From contig OZ365112.1 in assembly GCA_977030845.1 (NCBI GenBank), forward strand, positions 16,182,001 through 16,246,000: 64,000 nt of DNA, in the 5' to 3' direction. Both the position numbers and the translations under genes were made by a program. Below the pieces are notes generated by a model. The model saw nothing but the letters and a program-made list of their open reading frames with translations, was not told the origin of the DNA and ran no database searches. This stretch comes from Fimbriosthenelais zetlandica (lineage: Eukaryota). Positions 24,701-38,512 of this stretch are shown here, one piece after another (position 1 is the first letter of the stretch; each line of letters starts with the position of its first letter).

Positions 24701-27700
24701 TGGTCACCTCCACACTATTAAACACTAACTTAGCATATATTGGCCTAACCAACCCTTTTAGCTTCTCATTAATTTTTAACCAAGTTCTTTCAATTCTACC
24801 ACTTTAACTCATGGCCTATTCTGTAGAGACCTGTCAAAACAGTTTCGCTAATTGGAGCCTGTCTGCTGTTATCATTATCGGAAATCTTGTGATCTTCACA
24901 AAATCTCGTTTGCACGAAAGAGTGGGTAGCAGCCGGATGCGGTAGGCAGCTTGCCGTGATGGGAGACGGTCAGCTGCCTGGCGGGCCCGGATGTCGCAGG
25001 CATAAAGGTCCACGACACATATAGCATCATCTCATTACATTCAGTCTTCACCAACATTTTCACGTTTTCCCGAGCAGTCTGATGCCCTTTAATTCCAGTT
25101 TTTTCCATAAAGTTACTATAAAGTTAGAAAATGCCATTTGGCACCGTTTCATTTATGGCCAGGAAATAGTATAGATGTTTTATCTGACATCTGAAAGCCT
25201 TCATGCTGGTGGTCTGTTTTTTTATCTTCTGACATACGCCCATGTCCATCGTGTAGGCAAATAATTAATTTCCGATGATGGGTGGCTTCAGGTTTCCTTC
25301 AAGGTACTGCTGGCCAAATCAGCTCCATCCAAACAGTTTGCACAATGTGCAACAGTTGCTTGGTAGGAAGACCCTCTGCTATGCTTCAAGCCCAGGGCTC
25401 TGATACCACCATAATCCATAAGGCTGCCTCACTCTAACCACCCGCCCCATGTCAAGGCTGCCTTACTCTAACCACCCGCCCCATGTCAAGGCTGCCTTAC
25501 TCTAACCACCCGCCCCATGCCAAGGCTGCCTTACTCTAACCACCCGCCCCATGTCAAGGCTGCCTCACTCTAACCACCCGCCCCATGTCAAGGCTGCCTC
25601 ACTCTAACCACCCGCCCCATGTCAAGGCTGCCTCACTCTAACCACCCCGCCCCATGTCAAGGCTGCCTCACTCTAACCACCCGCCCCATGTCAAGGCTGC
25701 CTCACTCTTACCACCCGCCCCATGTCAAGGCTGCCTCCCCCTATCTGGGATCTCTGATAGTTCAGGTCATGGCCCTTTCTCCTCAACAAACCCCTTTATG
25801 TAACACTGACTCAATTTAGATACAAGGCTGATGGATGATCCCTCATTAATCCCTCTTTTGTTGTCATGTACGATGGAAAGATACTCCATCATACATGGCG
25901 CTCTTTATTCACTTCATTTCACACCGTCAACAGCTTTGTTGGTCTACCCCTTTCATCTTCATATTAAACCCTGGTATGATCCTATACCCTGCCATTATAA
26001 ACACGCATGTTTGCAGTGTCTCAAAAATAGTCCATACTACTTTTAGTCCCTTGAGCTTTCCAGATGAATAAATTTCAGAAAAGACTATGTCCATGTCAGA
26101 TTTCATTTTGTGGTGAATATATCATTTTGTAACACACAGTTCAAATATATTTTTTATGTTTCAGGTGACGAGGGAGACAATTTCTATGTAATCGACCAAG
26201 GAGATGTTGATGTAAGTATGAATAACCTTCTGGGTTCCTATCCAGTCGATGCGCCATAACAGACCCACAGGGGATGGAGTGTCATGCCTTTCAACCTTCC
26301 TTTGTCAAAAGAATATTTTGCCTTCGGCTTCCCCTACCAGTTTTCCAGCCTCCTGCTTCTATCTTCTCTCCCCTCAGTCTGAGGTGTATGTAGCATCCTG
26401 CACACAGCTGCTGGTAATATTGAGAAGGAATATTTGTGCCAAATTTTGCCTTAGAATAGCACGATCGCATGGACTGGCCAATGGTATGAGAACAGATTTG
26501 GTTTTAATGAACTTCAGTGTAGCAAGGGCTGAGGTCTGAAAGCATAGCACCAGGGTCAGTGAGTGAATGTGGGGAGCAATTCTGGGACTGACTCATTATT
26601 CAGGTCACACTCTGCTCCCTACCTGATAAATCTCTATTTGCGTGATTATTGGAGGTGCCAGGTGCCACTATGCTCCACCAATCCATCCATAGTGTACACC
26701 GTACGTGTTGTGGACAAGTGGTCACTTGGGGGAGACCCATTACTAGGTGCATCTAAATATCCCCTGAAAATTATTTGCTCATTTCGTGGATCCATATTGC
26801 CTTGCATCGACGGTAAAAAACAAACTTAAGAAAGTCTATACTGGTGTGAGTCAGAATGCTGGGTGATATAATGTAGCTCTGCTCTGCCTTGACTGGGCTG
26901 GCTCTGTTGGTGGTTTTGATATTCAGTAGAGGCTTTATTGTCTGACCTTCCAAATCAAATGGCACCAACCCTTTAATAACCAGCCTGCTTTTTAAGAGTC
27001 TGAATATCAAAATATTTTTGTCGTAATAGCAAGTTGGCTTTGTATGTCATTGATTGGGTACTTTAACTGTGAGCTGCTCTATGCGACATGGAGCAGCTCC
27101 TTTCTACTTACCCTGATTGGAGGCAGTCAATATGGGAAGTAGTTATGGCCTGGCTTCCGTCACTGATTGCCTCTGATGGTGGCCTAGATTGCTCTATTCC
27201 TAGAGATATCGACCCCTTCTAAACCATGCTGCCTTCATTCAGGTGATAGGCCTACCATGCACAATGAAAATTCTCCTCTTCTACCTCACCCAATCCAAAC
27301 TTCACAAATGGAAAATGACCTAATTTATTATTTTAGGAGACGGAGACGTACCTCTTTGAATATAACTAATATGATTGTCGTCAGTATTCACATGGAAGTA
27401 GATATATATTCTTGCAGAATTGTTTTTCTAAATTATTTTGTTTTTCTTTCAGGTCTATGTTAACAATGAATTGGTCGTTGTCATCGGAGATGGCGGTAGT
27501 TTTGGAGAGCTAGCTCTTATCTATGGAACACCTCGAGCTGCCACAGTGAAGGTAGGTTTACCATTAGAACCAAATCATTTTATTTTTCGGTTCATTATGA
27601 CATTATGATTCCTTTGTATAAATCAAAAACCCGATGGGAAAGGTGGTTAATTTTTCTTACATCCTATTTCATGTGTCATCAACTGGAAATAATACTTTTG

Positions 27701-30700
27701 AAGGACAGTCTAAGAAAATTCCATCAGGCTCTAAATACTGATTCCAAAGAAATGAAGCCAGCTGTGCCAGCATGGATGAAAATGAAAACTTTGATTAAAA
27801 GATTGAAAAGATTGATTATTAGCTGCCGGCGAGTGGGAATGGAGAGGGGAGGATAAAAGGGAGAGAATAATGACAGGCTGTGGTTTGATTCTACCATTAG
27901 ATTGTGTTATCAGCTGCAGCATTTCCTCTTCAAATATTGTCCCCTGAAATCAGTCAGTCACATGATTAATCTATAGTCCCAAATTCCTTCCATCCGATTC
28001 CAGAAACACGATTGAAACAATTTCACGATCTTTGAACAACAATTGCTGTTGTGTTGAACACAATTTTCCTATTTCATCTATACATGTACTAGAATTAAGG
28101 TCCCCCTTAAATTCAAAGGTGTTTTTGCAATGTTAGTTGTCTACTTTAAAGGTATTGACTTTCTTTCTTCACCTCATAAGATGTGTTTTATATGACAATA
28201 TCCATGGCGGGGTATCTTGTGTGATTCTCCAAGCCCACCTGTTATAAACGATCACCTTTCTTCACCGTCCATGTCTGTCACTAATGTTCATGGACTTGAA
28301 GTAGTCTCTGGTAGGAATTTTTTGTTATCGATGTATTTGAACTCATACAGAGCAGGGCCGGAGCACTTTTTTGGAAGATGAGTGAAGAGTTAAGGGTGGC
28401 CATTAGGAGGGAGACTTCTCACAGGTCGTGGGTATAAATAAACATGAGATGGCTTCATCTCCAGCCTCATTAATTCTGCCTGGTCTCCGGACCAGGTTAC
28501 TGTGAAGAAGACCTCAAAGTTTAGCGCTTGTCAAGATGTACATGTGACTTACAGCCCGGCTCTTTTTACCGGCTTTGATTAGAGGCTACCAGACAGCTTC
28601 CGTTCACCTGCCACTTTTACCTATTGACATTTTCGATGGTCCGGTGGATGACCGCAGGCTGACACTGAGGCAGGAGGAGGTGGAAAGTAATAGTTTGTCC
28701 TTGGAGACATCTATGGCTGCTTCAAGCATCATCATCAAGGTTTTGAGGATGATGGATGATCCAAAGACAGACATGATCAGCAGTTTTATTGAAAAATCCC
28801 TATTGTGCATGATCCAATATCCTGGTGAAAACACTGAGCAGAAAAATACAAGCATGTATTGTTATTCTGGTCAGCAGTCTTGTCTACAAGGACCCGTACT
28901 GATAGAGGATGATAGAGCATGCCAGTCATACTAATAACATGGTATCAGAGATACACATGTCCTGATAGATATTAATGTACATCCGCAGTAATCATGGTTC
29001 ACATGGATTGAGCACCATCTTGATTCACTGATACTAGATGTCACAGGCTCATATGATACCTGCTCATGAGAAACCTTTTATAAATTCGCTGTCTTGTTCA
29101 ATATTTTCCTTTCTACCGAATTAATAATTCATCAATGAAATTCTGATCCCTGATCAGCTCGCCCTCCTTTATCAGTTGCCGGAGATTGATTGCCATGGCT
29201 GCCTGGATGAGGCATGATCGATTGAGAATTAGTGAACGGGAAAGCTCTTTAATTAGTTCAAAATGTTTCGATTTTCCCCAGAGATGCAAAGAAGAGTACA
29301 AAATCTAAAATTAAAGATAATTGTGGGAGCTTTATATGTGGAAAGATTGTGTAATGTATCTTAAGCGATCCTTGTGTCTTTCGCAATCAGATCTCTCGAA
29401 TGACTTTGTAAATTTATGTCATTTCTTTTTATAGTAAAATTTGAAATGTTTCTCTTGTCATATATAAAATATCGTTTCTGCACATGTGAACAATGGCATC
29501 TGCCGGTTGAAAGAAGATAGCATATTTCGATAAAATATCTATATAGACGCATATATCATTTTATCTTTTGTTGTCAGACATTTGCCCCCATGCCTATATA
29601 AACTTGCGTGAACCAGACCGCCTCTATATATGGCTTCCAGCTTCAATCCACGCAATCACAAAACTTTCGGTCCGTGTTTGCTTAGTTCCCCCATGGCTCT
29701 GGATAGAAATATGACACCCCAAGTACTAGGGGGTTAAAGCAAAAATTTCTCAGAGGCCGCAAAATAGAGGGTTAAAACGCCACCATATCTCTGTCAATGC
29801 AAGCTTCTCGCTTCAAAAGTTATAAACCAAATTACACGTATACGTACATATTGAGCATGCTTTTTCCTCCTAGCTCTGTCAATATATTTTCGAATGAAGA
29901 TATCTGAGAGAAGGAAGAATTCAGATGAAGATTATTCCGGTTTCAGTAATATTGTAATGTACTCAGCTGTGTTACTGAAGTAAATGGATATTAGTGAGTT
30001 CGTGTTGAATATTGTCATCGTTTGCATCGAATGCCTGTTGGCTCACGGTTATTGTAGATCATCCAATGACAAAAGAATAAATTAGGTTGCCTCTCTGCAT
30101 TAACTCATCAACTTCCACGAGTCCCCTTACTCCGTCCAAGTCATCCTTCACGCACTCCCCTTTCTGCTAACACTTATTGATAATTCCTCTCTCATATATT
30201 CCTCTCATAACCAGCGCGCTACTGTTAATGGGAGTCTATGATGATGGCTTGATCCCGTGTCACATGCCTGAAGTAGCCATCACTGCTCATGTTTTAGGTC
30301 GTCATGAATACACTATGATGCCTACATATACAGGAATGAAGAACCATGACCAGTAGATATAGGCTTTGACAGATTCCTGAATATAAGCGAATTTTATTAT
30401 GACAGGCATTTCATGCGTGTCAGACAATTCAACCCCCCTAGACATATAATATACATAGACCAAAAATATTCATTAAACTTCCAGTTACATTATTAAGAAA
30501 TACGAGGATGGGACAGGGTTGAAAGGTGAATCTCTTTCTGCAGTGTAGTTGCCCGCCAACTTGCTGTAGTCTTGAAGCACTTCCTCAGGGCTAGCCCTGG
30601 ATGGTTTTGTCTGCTATATTATGACTGCTCCTGGGAAATCTACAATTATTGTAGCCTGGACAGGAGATGGGTACTGGAATCACTGGAGAGACTGTAATGA

Positions 30701-33700
30701 ATGGACCCAATATTGAATTATTGCATTGCTTTCATATTTTCTCAGGCAGATGTTCTCATATTCCTTCTCCCCAGTGTGCACTATCCACTGCCTTATTAGT
30801 TATTTATGTAAGCCACTACTCGGATATGAGATATCCATAAGGAATTACACCATTTTATACAGCAATTTCCAGTGTTGATTAGTAGGGAATGATTTAATGA
30901 ATTTTCCCCTTATTAGTATGTAATGAAACGCTGGTGGTCTCTTTATTCCAATCAACCACCTCCATTATTTGATTTACATGTCGATAGTTCATTCATTTCA
31001 TGAATTACTTTTTTCTTTCAGGCAAAAACAGATGTCAAACTCTGGGGAATCGACCGAGACAGCTACAGACGTATCCTGATGGTAAGCCTCATTAGCCCTT
31101 TACCTTAATTCAATCCTTCAGCATGGCAGCCATGGTCATTGCATTTGGAAACAATAATCGGGCGGAAAATCTATTTTCAGAGCAGCTAAGCTTCTGTTAA
31201 TTCGGAAAGCAGGGGAATAAGAGCAGAATTACGAATCCGAACCAGTTTTCAACACCGTAGAATAAATGATGTCATTGGGTGTAACGTGATCATTGATATA
31301 ATATTTTTCTAGCCGACCTCCCATTCGGTTGGAATTTGAGTAGGAACTATGTGAAAGTACATGCATAACCTGAATATTATGGCCTTAAATAAGTGCGTGA
31401 AAAGCAATACAGGAAATCTGCCGGAAACAGGTGATTTTGCCGTGAAATGGCATCATGATTAGGGTGGACGGGAAATTATCTGTCAGGCTCCCACATTCAT
31501 GTGACAGCTCGGATATGGAAATGAAATTTTACTTCCGGAAATGGCACACAACACCCGGCTGCCTGTAAAGAACCTTGAGCAAATGAAAATGCAATGGAAC
31601 TGATATTAATATAATTCCACTCTTGTTACACACATTCTCATTCTGGGAGGAGGTATGATCTTGAGTATGAATTGTCATCGAGCTCTGTGATAGAAGAGGT
31701 GGAGATCTACCATGGTTAGCTGCATATTAGCTCATACATGATGTTCTAAATTACCCCCGGAGTAACAAATAAAGAATTGGTATGGAAGTGATCAGATTCT
31801 CACCTGTTTCTGACAGGCTGATTATGCCAGGACTTTGCGCAATATTAAGGCAGAAACCAGCTCTAGGCTATGTCACTTCCGTTTGCAGCCTACTCTCTCA
31901 GACTGGGCCTGGCTAATTGAATTAGCCTGGTGAGGACGACTAACATGCCCTCTTGGTTGCCATGGGGACCCTGCCCGTCAAGGTGTTGTGTATGTGATGT
32001 GGGGACTGGAGGGTAGAGGTACCATATAGATTACCGGTAGAGTGTAATGTATTTACCTATATTTTTGCTGCCCTTATTTTTAATCAGTCATCTGGTATTC
32101 CATCTATACATCACTGATACATAATTACCATACCAAAAAAATGTGTTAACCGTACCTTCTTTTTCCTACTTAATGTGTATTTTGTTTCTATTAGCATAAA
32201 TAAACTCTTACACTTCAGTAACGTCATTTTAAAATAGATGTCGCAGGAATCATCCAGACTTGTTTTAAATAACCAACCTCTATAAACAAGCTCTTCAACT
32301 CACATTTGATCACAGCGGCTTTCCTTAATTAGCCCAACTCCACCTTCAGTTATTAGCCACCAATTACTTTGGAAATTAGTCAAATTCCACTGAGACTGTG
32401 GATGAGCAGCATCCAGATGCCCTCGTACTTCATATTGCCAGGAGATGCCACTCTGAATATAGCCCCTAATGTTACGGCTGCATCTTATGAATATTTCATT
32501 GTCTTCTTATGTTAAATTAGGCTTATTGTCAAACCTTGTGAGGTACTGCCCCCGAAGTCAGTGCGATGTGGTAGGAACTATATATGTATAAATAGATTTA
32601 TTTATGTCATGAAATATTTTCTACCTACTTCCTTTTCCGCTGTCTTAGGTTTCCCATATAAAGTATATGTATCTGGATATCACTTGTTGAGATTCTGTAA
32701 CATATGAAGTTTATTTTGCTGTCTTCGCACCAGCTCGTCTTTTAAATTTTATTTATGCTGATTTTCTATGGTTTTCCATATTTTTCCAGGGAAGTACGAT
32801 ACGTAAGAGGAAAATGTATGAAGAGTTCCTTTCCAAGGTTTCCATATTAGGTGAGTGTTCAGTGTTCAGTCTTGTATGTACAGGCTGTATTTTTCTGTCA
32901 TTAATTCGTAGAAACTATGGAGATGCGATTTCGTCTTAAGGTTTCGATGGTAGGCAGCTTTCTAAAGTTAAGAAGGTTGGTGTTTGAAGATCAGGCAGCC
33001 CAAAGCTTTTTGATGAATAATAGATTTGAGAACAGGACACAGAGGACTGCGTGGCAGCTTAGCGTGGTACTCAGGCTTGATCTACTCTTAATATTTCAAC
33101 AAAATGTCAACACAGAAGCCTCAATTGTTGACTAAGATAGTATAAGCTTTACACAGAAATGACTGGGGACGCATAATGCATGGAACCTTATAAAATGCAA
33201 TTTCCCTATTTCATTGCCTGTAGTTTATAAATAATGTTTTATCATAAGGGAAGGACATTGAAGCTACTTTTGATTGTGCCATGGATGCAAGCCATTATCT
33301 GATAGGCTCGTTCAGGTCACATGGTTGATTGAGGTCAGCGCTCGCATCTGATAGGTCAGGAGCGATCACGTGATTAGTTTGAGAGAATGGGATCTAAACT
33401 AACTCTGTACCGACATTTTTCGAGCCAAATTTGACTTTATAACGTCACAAAAAATGCATGAACATTATTTAGCAGCAATACGGTATTTGATCAGATCAAG
33501 GTCATATATATAAATTAGTTAGCGTTGCTGATGTCTGAACCATATCTCATTCGATGGTTCCTTAAGCCTGAAGACAGATTAGACCTAAGACAGACATACC
33601 CATTGAGATAAAGCAGGGATGAGAGGGGGAGCTCAGGGCCTGTCTGTGAGGGGAGTAGCTCAGTGCCTGCCTGAGTATAGGCTATTTTGAGACCAAAGCT

Positions 33701-35056
33701 TTTTGCATCAAACCAGCTGTGAATAATTCATGTCGACAAGAGATAAGAGTTCCAACACAGCTCTGACCTAAATCGATTCCAATAACGTTAATTGTTAGTA
33801 TTACCTATTTCGGTTCCTTGTTTTCCCTGTTGCATGTAGAGCCCTCATAGATGTTATCGAAATCTTAGAGTATATATTTGGTATTTGTTATTATCTATGA
33901 GACTTCTAACTTTAAATATTGATGTATATTTTCTTCTATATTACAGAAAGCTTAGAAAAGTGGGAAAGACTGACAATATCAGACTCGCTAGAGCCAGTAC
34001 AGTTCGAAGACGGACAAGAAATAGTCCGACAGGGAGAACATGGCGAGGACTTCTTCATCATTGCGGAGGTGTGTCTCAGTGTTGTGTGTATTCATATATT
34101 TTTATAACATAAGTTTCAGTTGCGTTTATGCAGAAGAGACAAGATGTAGAGAGGTGCCTTGTGTCCTCTTTAAGTACCCCATCTTCTGCGTGCCCTTTAG
34201 TGGAGGTCATTGAAAGTACAGGAACTTTTTTGACCCAGCCTGACTGCATACACTGTTAGTCAGGATTAGTCTGACTTGTGACCTCTACAAAGATGGATGC
34301 ATGTCTTTTGACCTGAGAACATCTAGTCTCCAAAATCTTTCAAAATCCTTTCATGACCCTGCACCTTCTTGTCAAATACAAGAAACAGTCATGACCTACC
34401 AAGATATTGACCCCCAAGATACCTTCAGAAGTGAAGTTGAAAGGATCTTGGAAGTCGTCTGAACAGACAATGAATATTGGGAATGTTTCTGTATGTTTTC
34501 TTTATATATATTTGTTGCTGCTTTCGTAACTTATAAGGGAATAGTTTATGAAAGGATTTTCATCAAAGTGCTGAATCCCTAATGTCACAGTTCTTGTAGA
34601 TGAAACCATGATTGATTGCACTTGATTTTTTTCATCCAGGGAACTGCCAGCGTCCTCCAGCGGCGATCAGAAAATGAGGAACCAGTAGAAGTGGGCAAGC
34701 TGGGATCTTCCGATTACTTTGGTGAGCTCTTATTGAGATAGAATCGTCTTATCTTTATTCTGTGAATAGTAGACTTGCTATGGCCTTTTAGTATTAAGTT
34801 GCATAGTATACTTAACACAACTGTACTGGAGGTGGTTTTATATAGACTGTCAATGATTGTCATTGGTGTGTACTATTTTACAGGTGAGATTGCCCTGCTG
34901 CTCGACCGGCCCAGAGCGGCTACGGTTGTTGCCCGCGGCCCATTAAAATGTGTGAAGTTGGACAGAGGAAGGTTTGAGAGGCTGCTAGGACCATGTAGTG
35001 AAATACTAAAACGAAACATCGCACAATACAACAGCTTCGTCTCTTTATCTGTCTAA
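9611..35056 (+). CDS. PRKAR1: cAMP-dependent protein kinase type I regulatory subunit, core coding exons (spliced; N-terminal exon alternative or outside window)
   Basis: Exons 9611-9778, 17863-17954, 24600-24661, 26165-26211, 27453-27551, 31022-31081, 32790-32850, 33947-34068, 34640-34721, 34884-35056 join in frame (966 nt incl. stop) with GT-AG introns. They encode the type I pseudosubstrate [41 protein letters not shown] and C-terminus YNSFVSLSV. Confidence 0.96.
12687..12782. mobile_element. Short inverted-repeat remnant (possible mini-MITE)
   Basis: ACGTGGAAAATAGACC ... GGTTCTATTTTCCACGT (one indel), about 63-bp spacer. Confidence 0.35.
17863..17954 (+). CDS. PRKAR1: PKA-RI exon
   Basis: [38 protein letters not shown] boundaries, 92 nt. 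Confidence 0.95.
23109..23140. repeat. Degenerate (CCCCACT)n simple repeat
   Basis: ccactccccactccccactctccactctcctc. Confidence 0.5.
23310..23969. mobile_element. Non-autonomous DNA transposon (MITE), PIF/Harbinger-like, 660 bp
   Basis: 24-bp TIRs with 1 mismatch (AGCCCCAGTCACACTGTCACGAAT / ATTCGGGACAGTGTGACTGGGGCT), 3-bp flanking duplication ATA (23307-23309, 23970-23972), internal TCATCCCTGG repeats and GTTTTGAAATGTTCAAAAC palindrome, CpG-rich relative to the host intron. Superfamily is inferred from TIR style and 3-bp TSD. Confidence 0.85.
24600..24661 (+). CDS. PRKAR1: PKA-RI exon (CNB-A)
   Basis: (S)[20 protein letters not shown](G), 62 nt. Confidence 0.95.
25420..25737. repeat. 34-bp minisatellite, about 9.3 copies
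   Basis: Unit CAAGGCTGCC(T/C-variant TCAC/TTAC)TCTAACCACCCGCCCCATGT repeated head-to-tail at 34-bp period with few variants. Confidence 0.95.
26165..26211 (+). CDS. PRKAR1: PKA-RI exon (CNB-A)
   Basis: (G)[15 protein letters not shown], 47 nt. Confidence 0.95.
27453..27551 (+). CDS. PRKAR1: PKA-RI exon (PBC-A)
   Basis: [33 protein letters not shown], 99 nt. Confidence 0.95.
31022..31081 (+). CDS. PRKAR1: PKA-RI exon
   Basis: [20 protein letters not shown], 60 nt. Confidence 0.95.
32790..32850 (+). CDS. PRKAR1: PKA-RI exon
   Basis: [20 protein letters not shown](E), 61 nt. Confidence 0.95.
33947..34068 (+). CDS. PRKAR1: PKA-RI exon (CNB-B)
   Basis: (E)[40 protein letters not shown], 122 nt. 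Confidence 0.95.
34640..34721 (+). CDS. PRKAR1: PKA-RI exon (CNB-B)
   Basis: [27 protein letters not shown](G), 82 nt. Confidence 0.95.
34884..35056 (+). CDS. PRKAR1: PKA-RI last coding exon (PBC-B)
   Basis: (G)[56 protein letters not shown]. Confidence 0.96.
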
Positions 35057-37149
35057 GTACTCTCACCAAGGTCACAACTGAATGCCCGAGAAAAACAACA
35101 AATTAATTAACTGTTGTCAATTTTAAGGGTGTCCAGCGAAAGAAAGGATAAATGTTATTAAAAAGAGGTGCTCTGAGGGGATTGTAACCGACAGCCAAGA
35201 TTTCCTCTGTATTTCTTTATCGGGTTCTTTTTCTTTACCTTTCATGATACAGGTCAGGAGTTCAGGGACCTCAGACGAAAGAATATTAGATGGTGTGTAC
35301 AAGCCAATATATTAACTAGAAAGTAGAGTGGTTATATATGCGTGTGAAACAGGTTTGTATAGACTGGATTAGGTGAAGATCAGGTGGATTCGTATAACAT
35401 AAATTAAGTAAAAAATGTCATACACTTTATGTGTGCCTTGTCATCTCAAATATAAGAGAAAGAGAAGACTGGAGTATTAAGACTGCCAAGTACCTGACCT
35501 GATGTGACAGCATTGGATTCTGTGTAGGATGGGGCCTAGGTTATAAGGCGTTAAAGGAAACCAAGAGAAACCTCTGCTGCCATCTAGCTATAATATTAAC
35601 ACAGAACTATAACCAACACCGACAGAAGTCCTCCCAATTTATTTTAAAAAGAGAACAACATCGAGGTGCTCTCATGTTGTTGTTTCGTTCTCGACTTTCT
35701 TTTAAGTTAACTAAGGTTAACATACTATTGGAAACTGCCGTGTTGTTATGAGTAGGATTTTCTTTGACTAGTTTACTAATGAGAAATAACAGTTTCCCTT
35801 TAAAGAAGGATGGTATTTAAGAGACCTCGGTCAGAGTGAATGAGGGATCATATGCCTGATATAATAATGTTGTTAATGATAATAACTATATAAAATGTAT
35901 TTTCATATCATTATGGAAACAGTTGTGACTGTATGTATCAGAGAGTATTAGCTGTGTACAGTTTTTGTTCACGCGCAGCTAAATGTGGACATGGACCCTT
36001 AAAATCAAGCTCAGTTATGATGCACCATCCCAGTTACATAAGAGTATTCTGTCTAATCTCCCATAATGTTGTCTACAGAACAAGATACTGATGTGTATAA
36101 CTTACTGGAAGATTTATATCCAGACGTCCATTTCCATTTTCTCAATTTTTACGCATGTATACCCACCTCGGACGATTGACTTGATTTTAAGGGTGCTTGT
36201 AGAGATTTGTTCATCCCGACTCCAGATTGTGTGTAAACCTATTTTTACGTATAGAATACTGAGAGAAAAATGTTGATTTTATCATTTTTCATAATTAGCT
36301 GTTACTGTGTGCTTGAGGCTAAACTAAAATATGAGTTGCCCAATGTATGATAAGCGCCAAGTCTCATGAAAGTATGGATTGCTAGTGTCCAAGCTAATTT
36401 TCTACCATTTAGACTAATAGAGACATTGTACAGAAATTCTTTCATCACACCTCCCACTCCGTTAAGATTTGCATTTACCCAGCAGTTATCTGAACAAAAT
36501 AATGTGTACGACACCAATATAGTTCTTCAGAAATTGTATCTACTCCAGATCCCAAGGATTTCGACTATCCAAATTTCTTTTCTGTATAAAGCTTCGTTTC
36601 CGGGTCTAACATAATCTGGTGTATGTCTATAGCAATGAAACATGCTTACAACAGGGACATTAAAATCATCCTAAATGTAACATTTGTCTCATTATATTTT
36701 CATCTAAATCAAAATTCTCTCGTGCCAGATAAAACAAAATATCGATATATAGTTACAAGCTAGAACCGGACTTATTATAGCACCTAGTTTTGTAAAAACA
36801 AATATTTTTCCTATTAAGTGGTAACAGAGAAAGATGAGATTGGAATATAAAGACAGTCCTTATTAATTTAAAAATATGGTTTAAAATGGTTAATAGGCTA
36901 AAGAATAGGCCCCGACTTAGGCAAGCTTTCGGGCCTCCGACAAGCTAGACCCATCACTCAGCTAAAGCCCCCATTATCGCTCAAAACAAAACGCTCTCGC
37001 CGTTTACAAGCTTACAGAGAGCGTAGCTCTGTTGCTTTGGATGTGATCAATTACCCATGTAAATCTACCCACTATTTTCTATTTTGGCCCACTTAGGATC
37101 TTTCTTATATCTACAAACACCGTTTGAAAATTCCTAGCGACACCCCATT

Positions 37150-37544
37150 GATTTAGCATTGAGCGTTAGTTCCTGCTTTTGCCGGGGGTGGAGTAGTAGC
37201 ATGGGGCAGAAATAGCGCCCAGGCCGGTACCTTCCCAATATGTAAACAAGCCCGCTTTCATAGGGATTTACTCTAGTAATCCTCATGACATTGATATTAC
37301 AGTTATAGGAGCTGAAAGCCCAGGAATTTTACTTTCCAATGCACTTTGTGTCATATTTATGGCGCCGGGGGAAATTATGAGAATACTAAATTTAAATTGA
37401 TGCGTTAAGCGTGCAGCCGGCCATCCCATCGGCTCAAGCAAGGCGCAATGGGGCTCGAGCCACTTGAAATTTTCAGAAGGCGTTTGTAGCACTATAAAAG
37501 AACGAAAATGACTCAAATTTAAAACTAACGCTCAATGCTAAATC
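37150..37544. mobile_element. MITE-like element with perfect 22-bp terminal inverted repeats, between the convergent 3' ends
   Basis: GATTTAGCATTGAGCGTTAGTT (37150-37171) and its exact reverse complement AACTAACGCTCAATGCTAAATC (37523-37544). No TSD resolved. Confidence 0.7.
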
Positions 37545-38512
37545 TACTTTCAGTTAGAATGAACCAAGTTTTATTACAATAATTATAGGTCCCTACAGGG
37601 CGGCGCACGGCGGCCATCTTGAAAATCTTTAGTTCCCGAATCTTCCGTCGATGAACAAGGCTTAAGTGGGAGAGGGCGCTACAGGCATCGATCTCAACTG
37701 GAGATAGGGTTAGTTTTTCCTCTTTATCTCGTGAAAAACCATATCATCTTGTTTCAAAACGATATGACAGTAGCATTACAAAGACAGGAGTGAGCTAGGA
37801 GTGGAATCAGCTTCATGTATTGTTAATTTTTTTCTTAGGAGGCCTTCAAGTGGATGGGAATGAAGCGATTTAAAGTATTATTATTATATATGACTTTTGT
37901 TTTATTCAATAATACACTGTACAATTATTAGGAACGTTCCATGCATTTCTCACATTCAAAAGAGGGGGCATGAGATAGTGCCTCCCTGGAACAAAACTGT
38001 CACTGGATGACATTAATAAACCAACAAAAATATTACTTCGCTTCACATACTGCCCATCACTGAATACATATGGAAAAGTAGATCTGTACAAATATTCCAA
38101 TAAATTTCAACTCTACTAAACAAAAGATGGATAGATAGTTGCCAAAAATATGAAAGAATTATGCATTAGAATGCTCTGTTTGGTCTACGACTACTGTGCT
38201 GGAATTTGCTCAGAATAATTTATATGCCTGTGAATGAATTTATTCGTCAGATTACATGATTATATCTTCAAAGTATAATGATCTATCTTAGCGCATCTCT
38301 AGAAATAGAAAATAAATTCTATTCTTCTAATTTCCAGAATTCAAGATTCATATGCAGGCGATATCAAACTAACAATATCTATGGAATTGAATATTTTAAA
38401 GAAAAGTATCAGTCACGCATCCACTTCCACTCTACATATCGATCAAAGTCTATAGATTAGTATTGCGAGAATGAACATCCCAGAAAAACAGCACAGAGTC
38501 GTATAGAGCTAG

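Noticed and set aside
25619-25819. 66-aa ORF with a repeated peptide
   Set aside because: An artefact of the 34-bp minisatellite. The array has no spacers, so it is also not CRISPR-like.
28575-28934. 119-aa plus-strand intronic ORF
   Set aside because: No recognisable motif and no flanking splice signals compatible with RI.
35054-35110. Stop-codon readthrough of PKA-RI, or of G-alpha12/13 at 57578
   Set aside because: TAA-G context (RI) and tandem TAA TGA (G-alpha) are not readthrough-prone.
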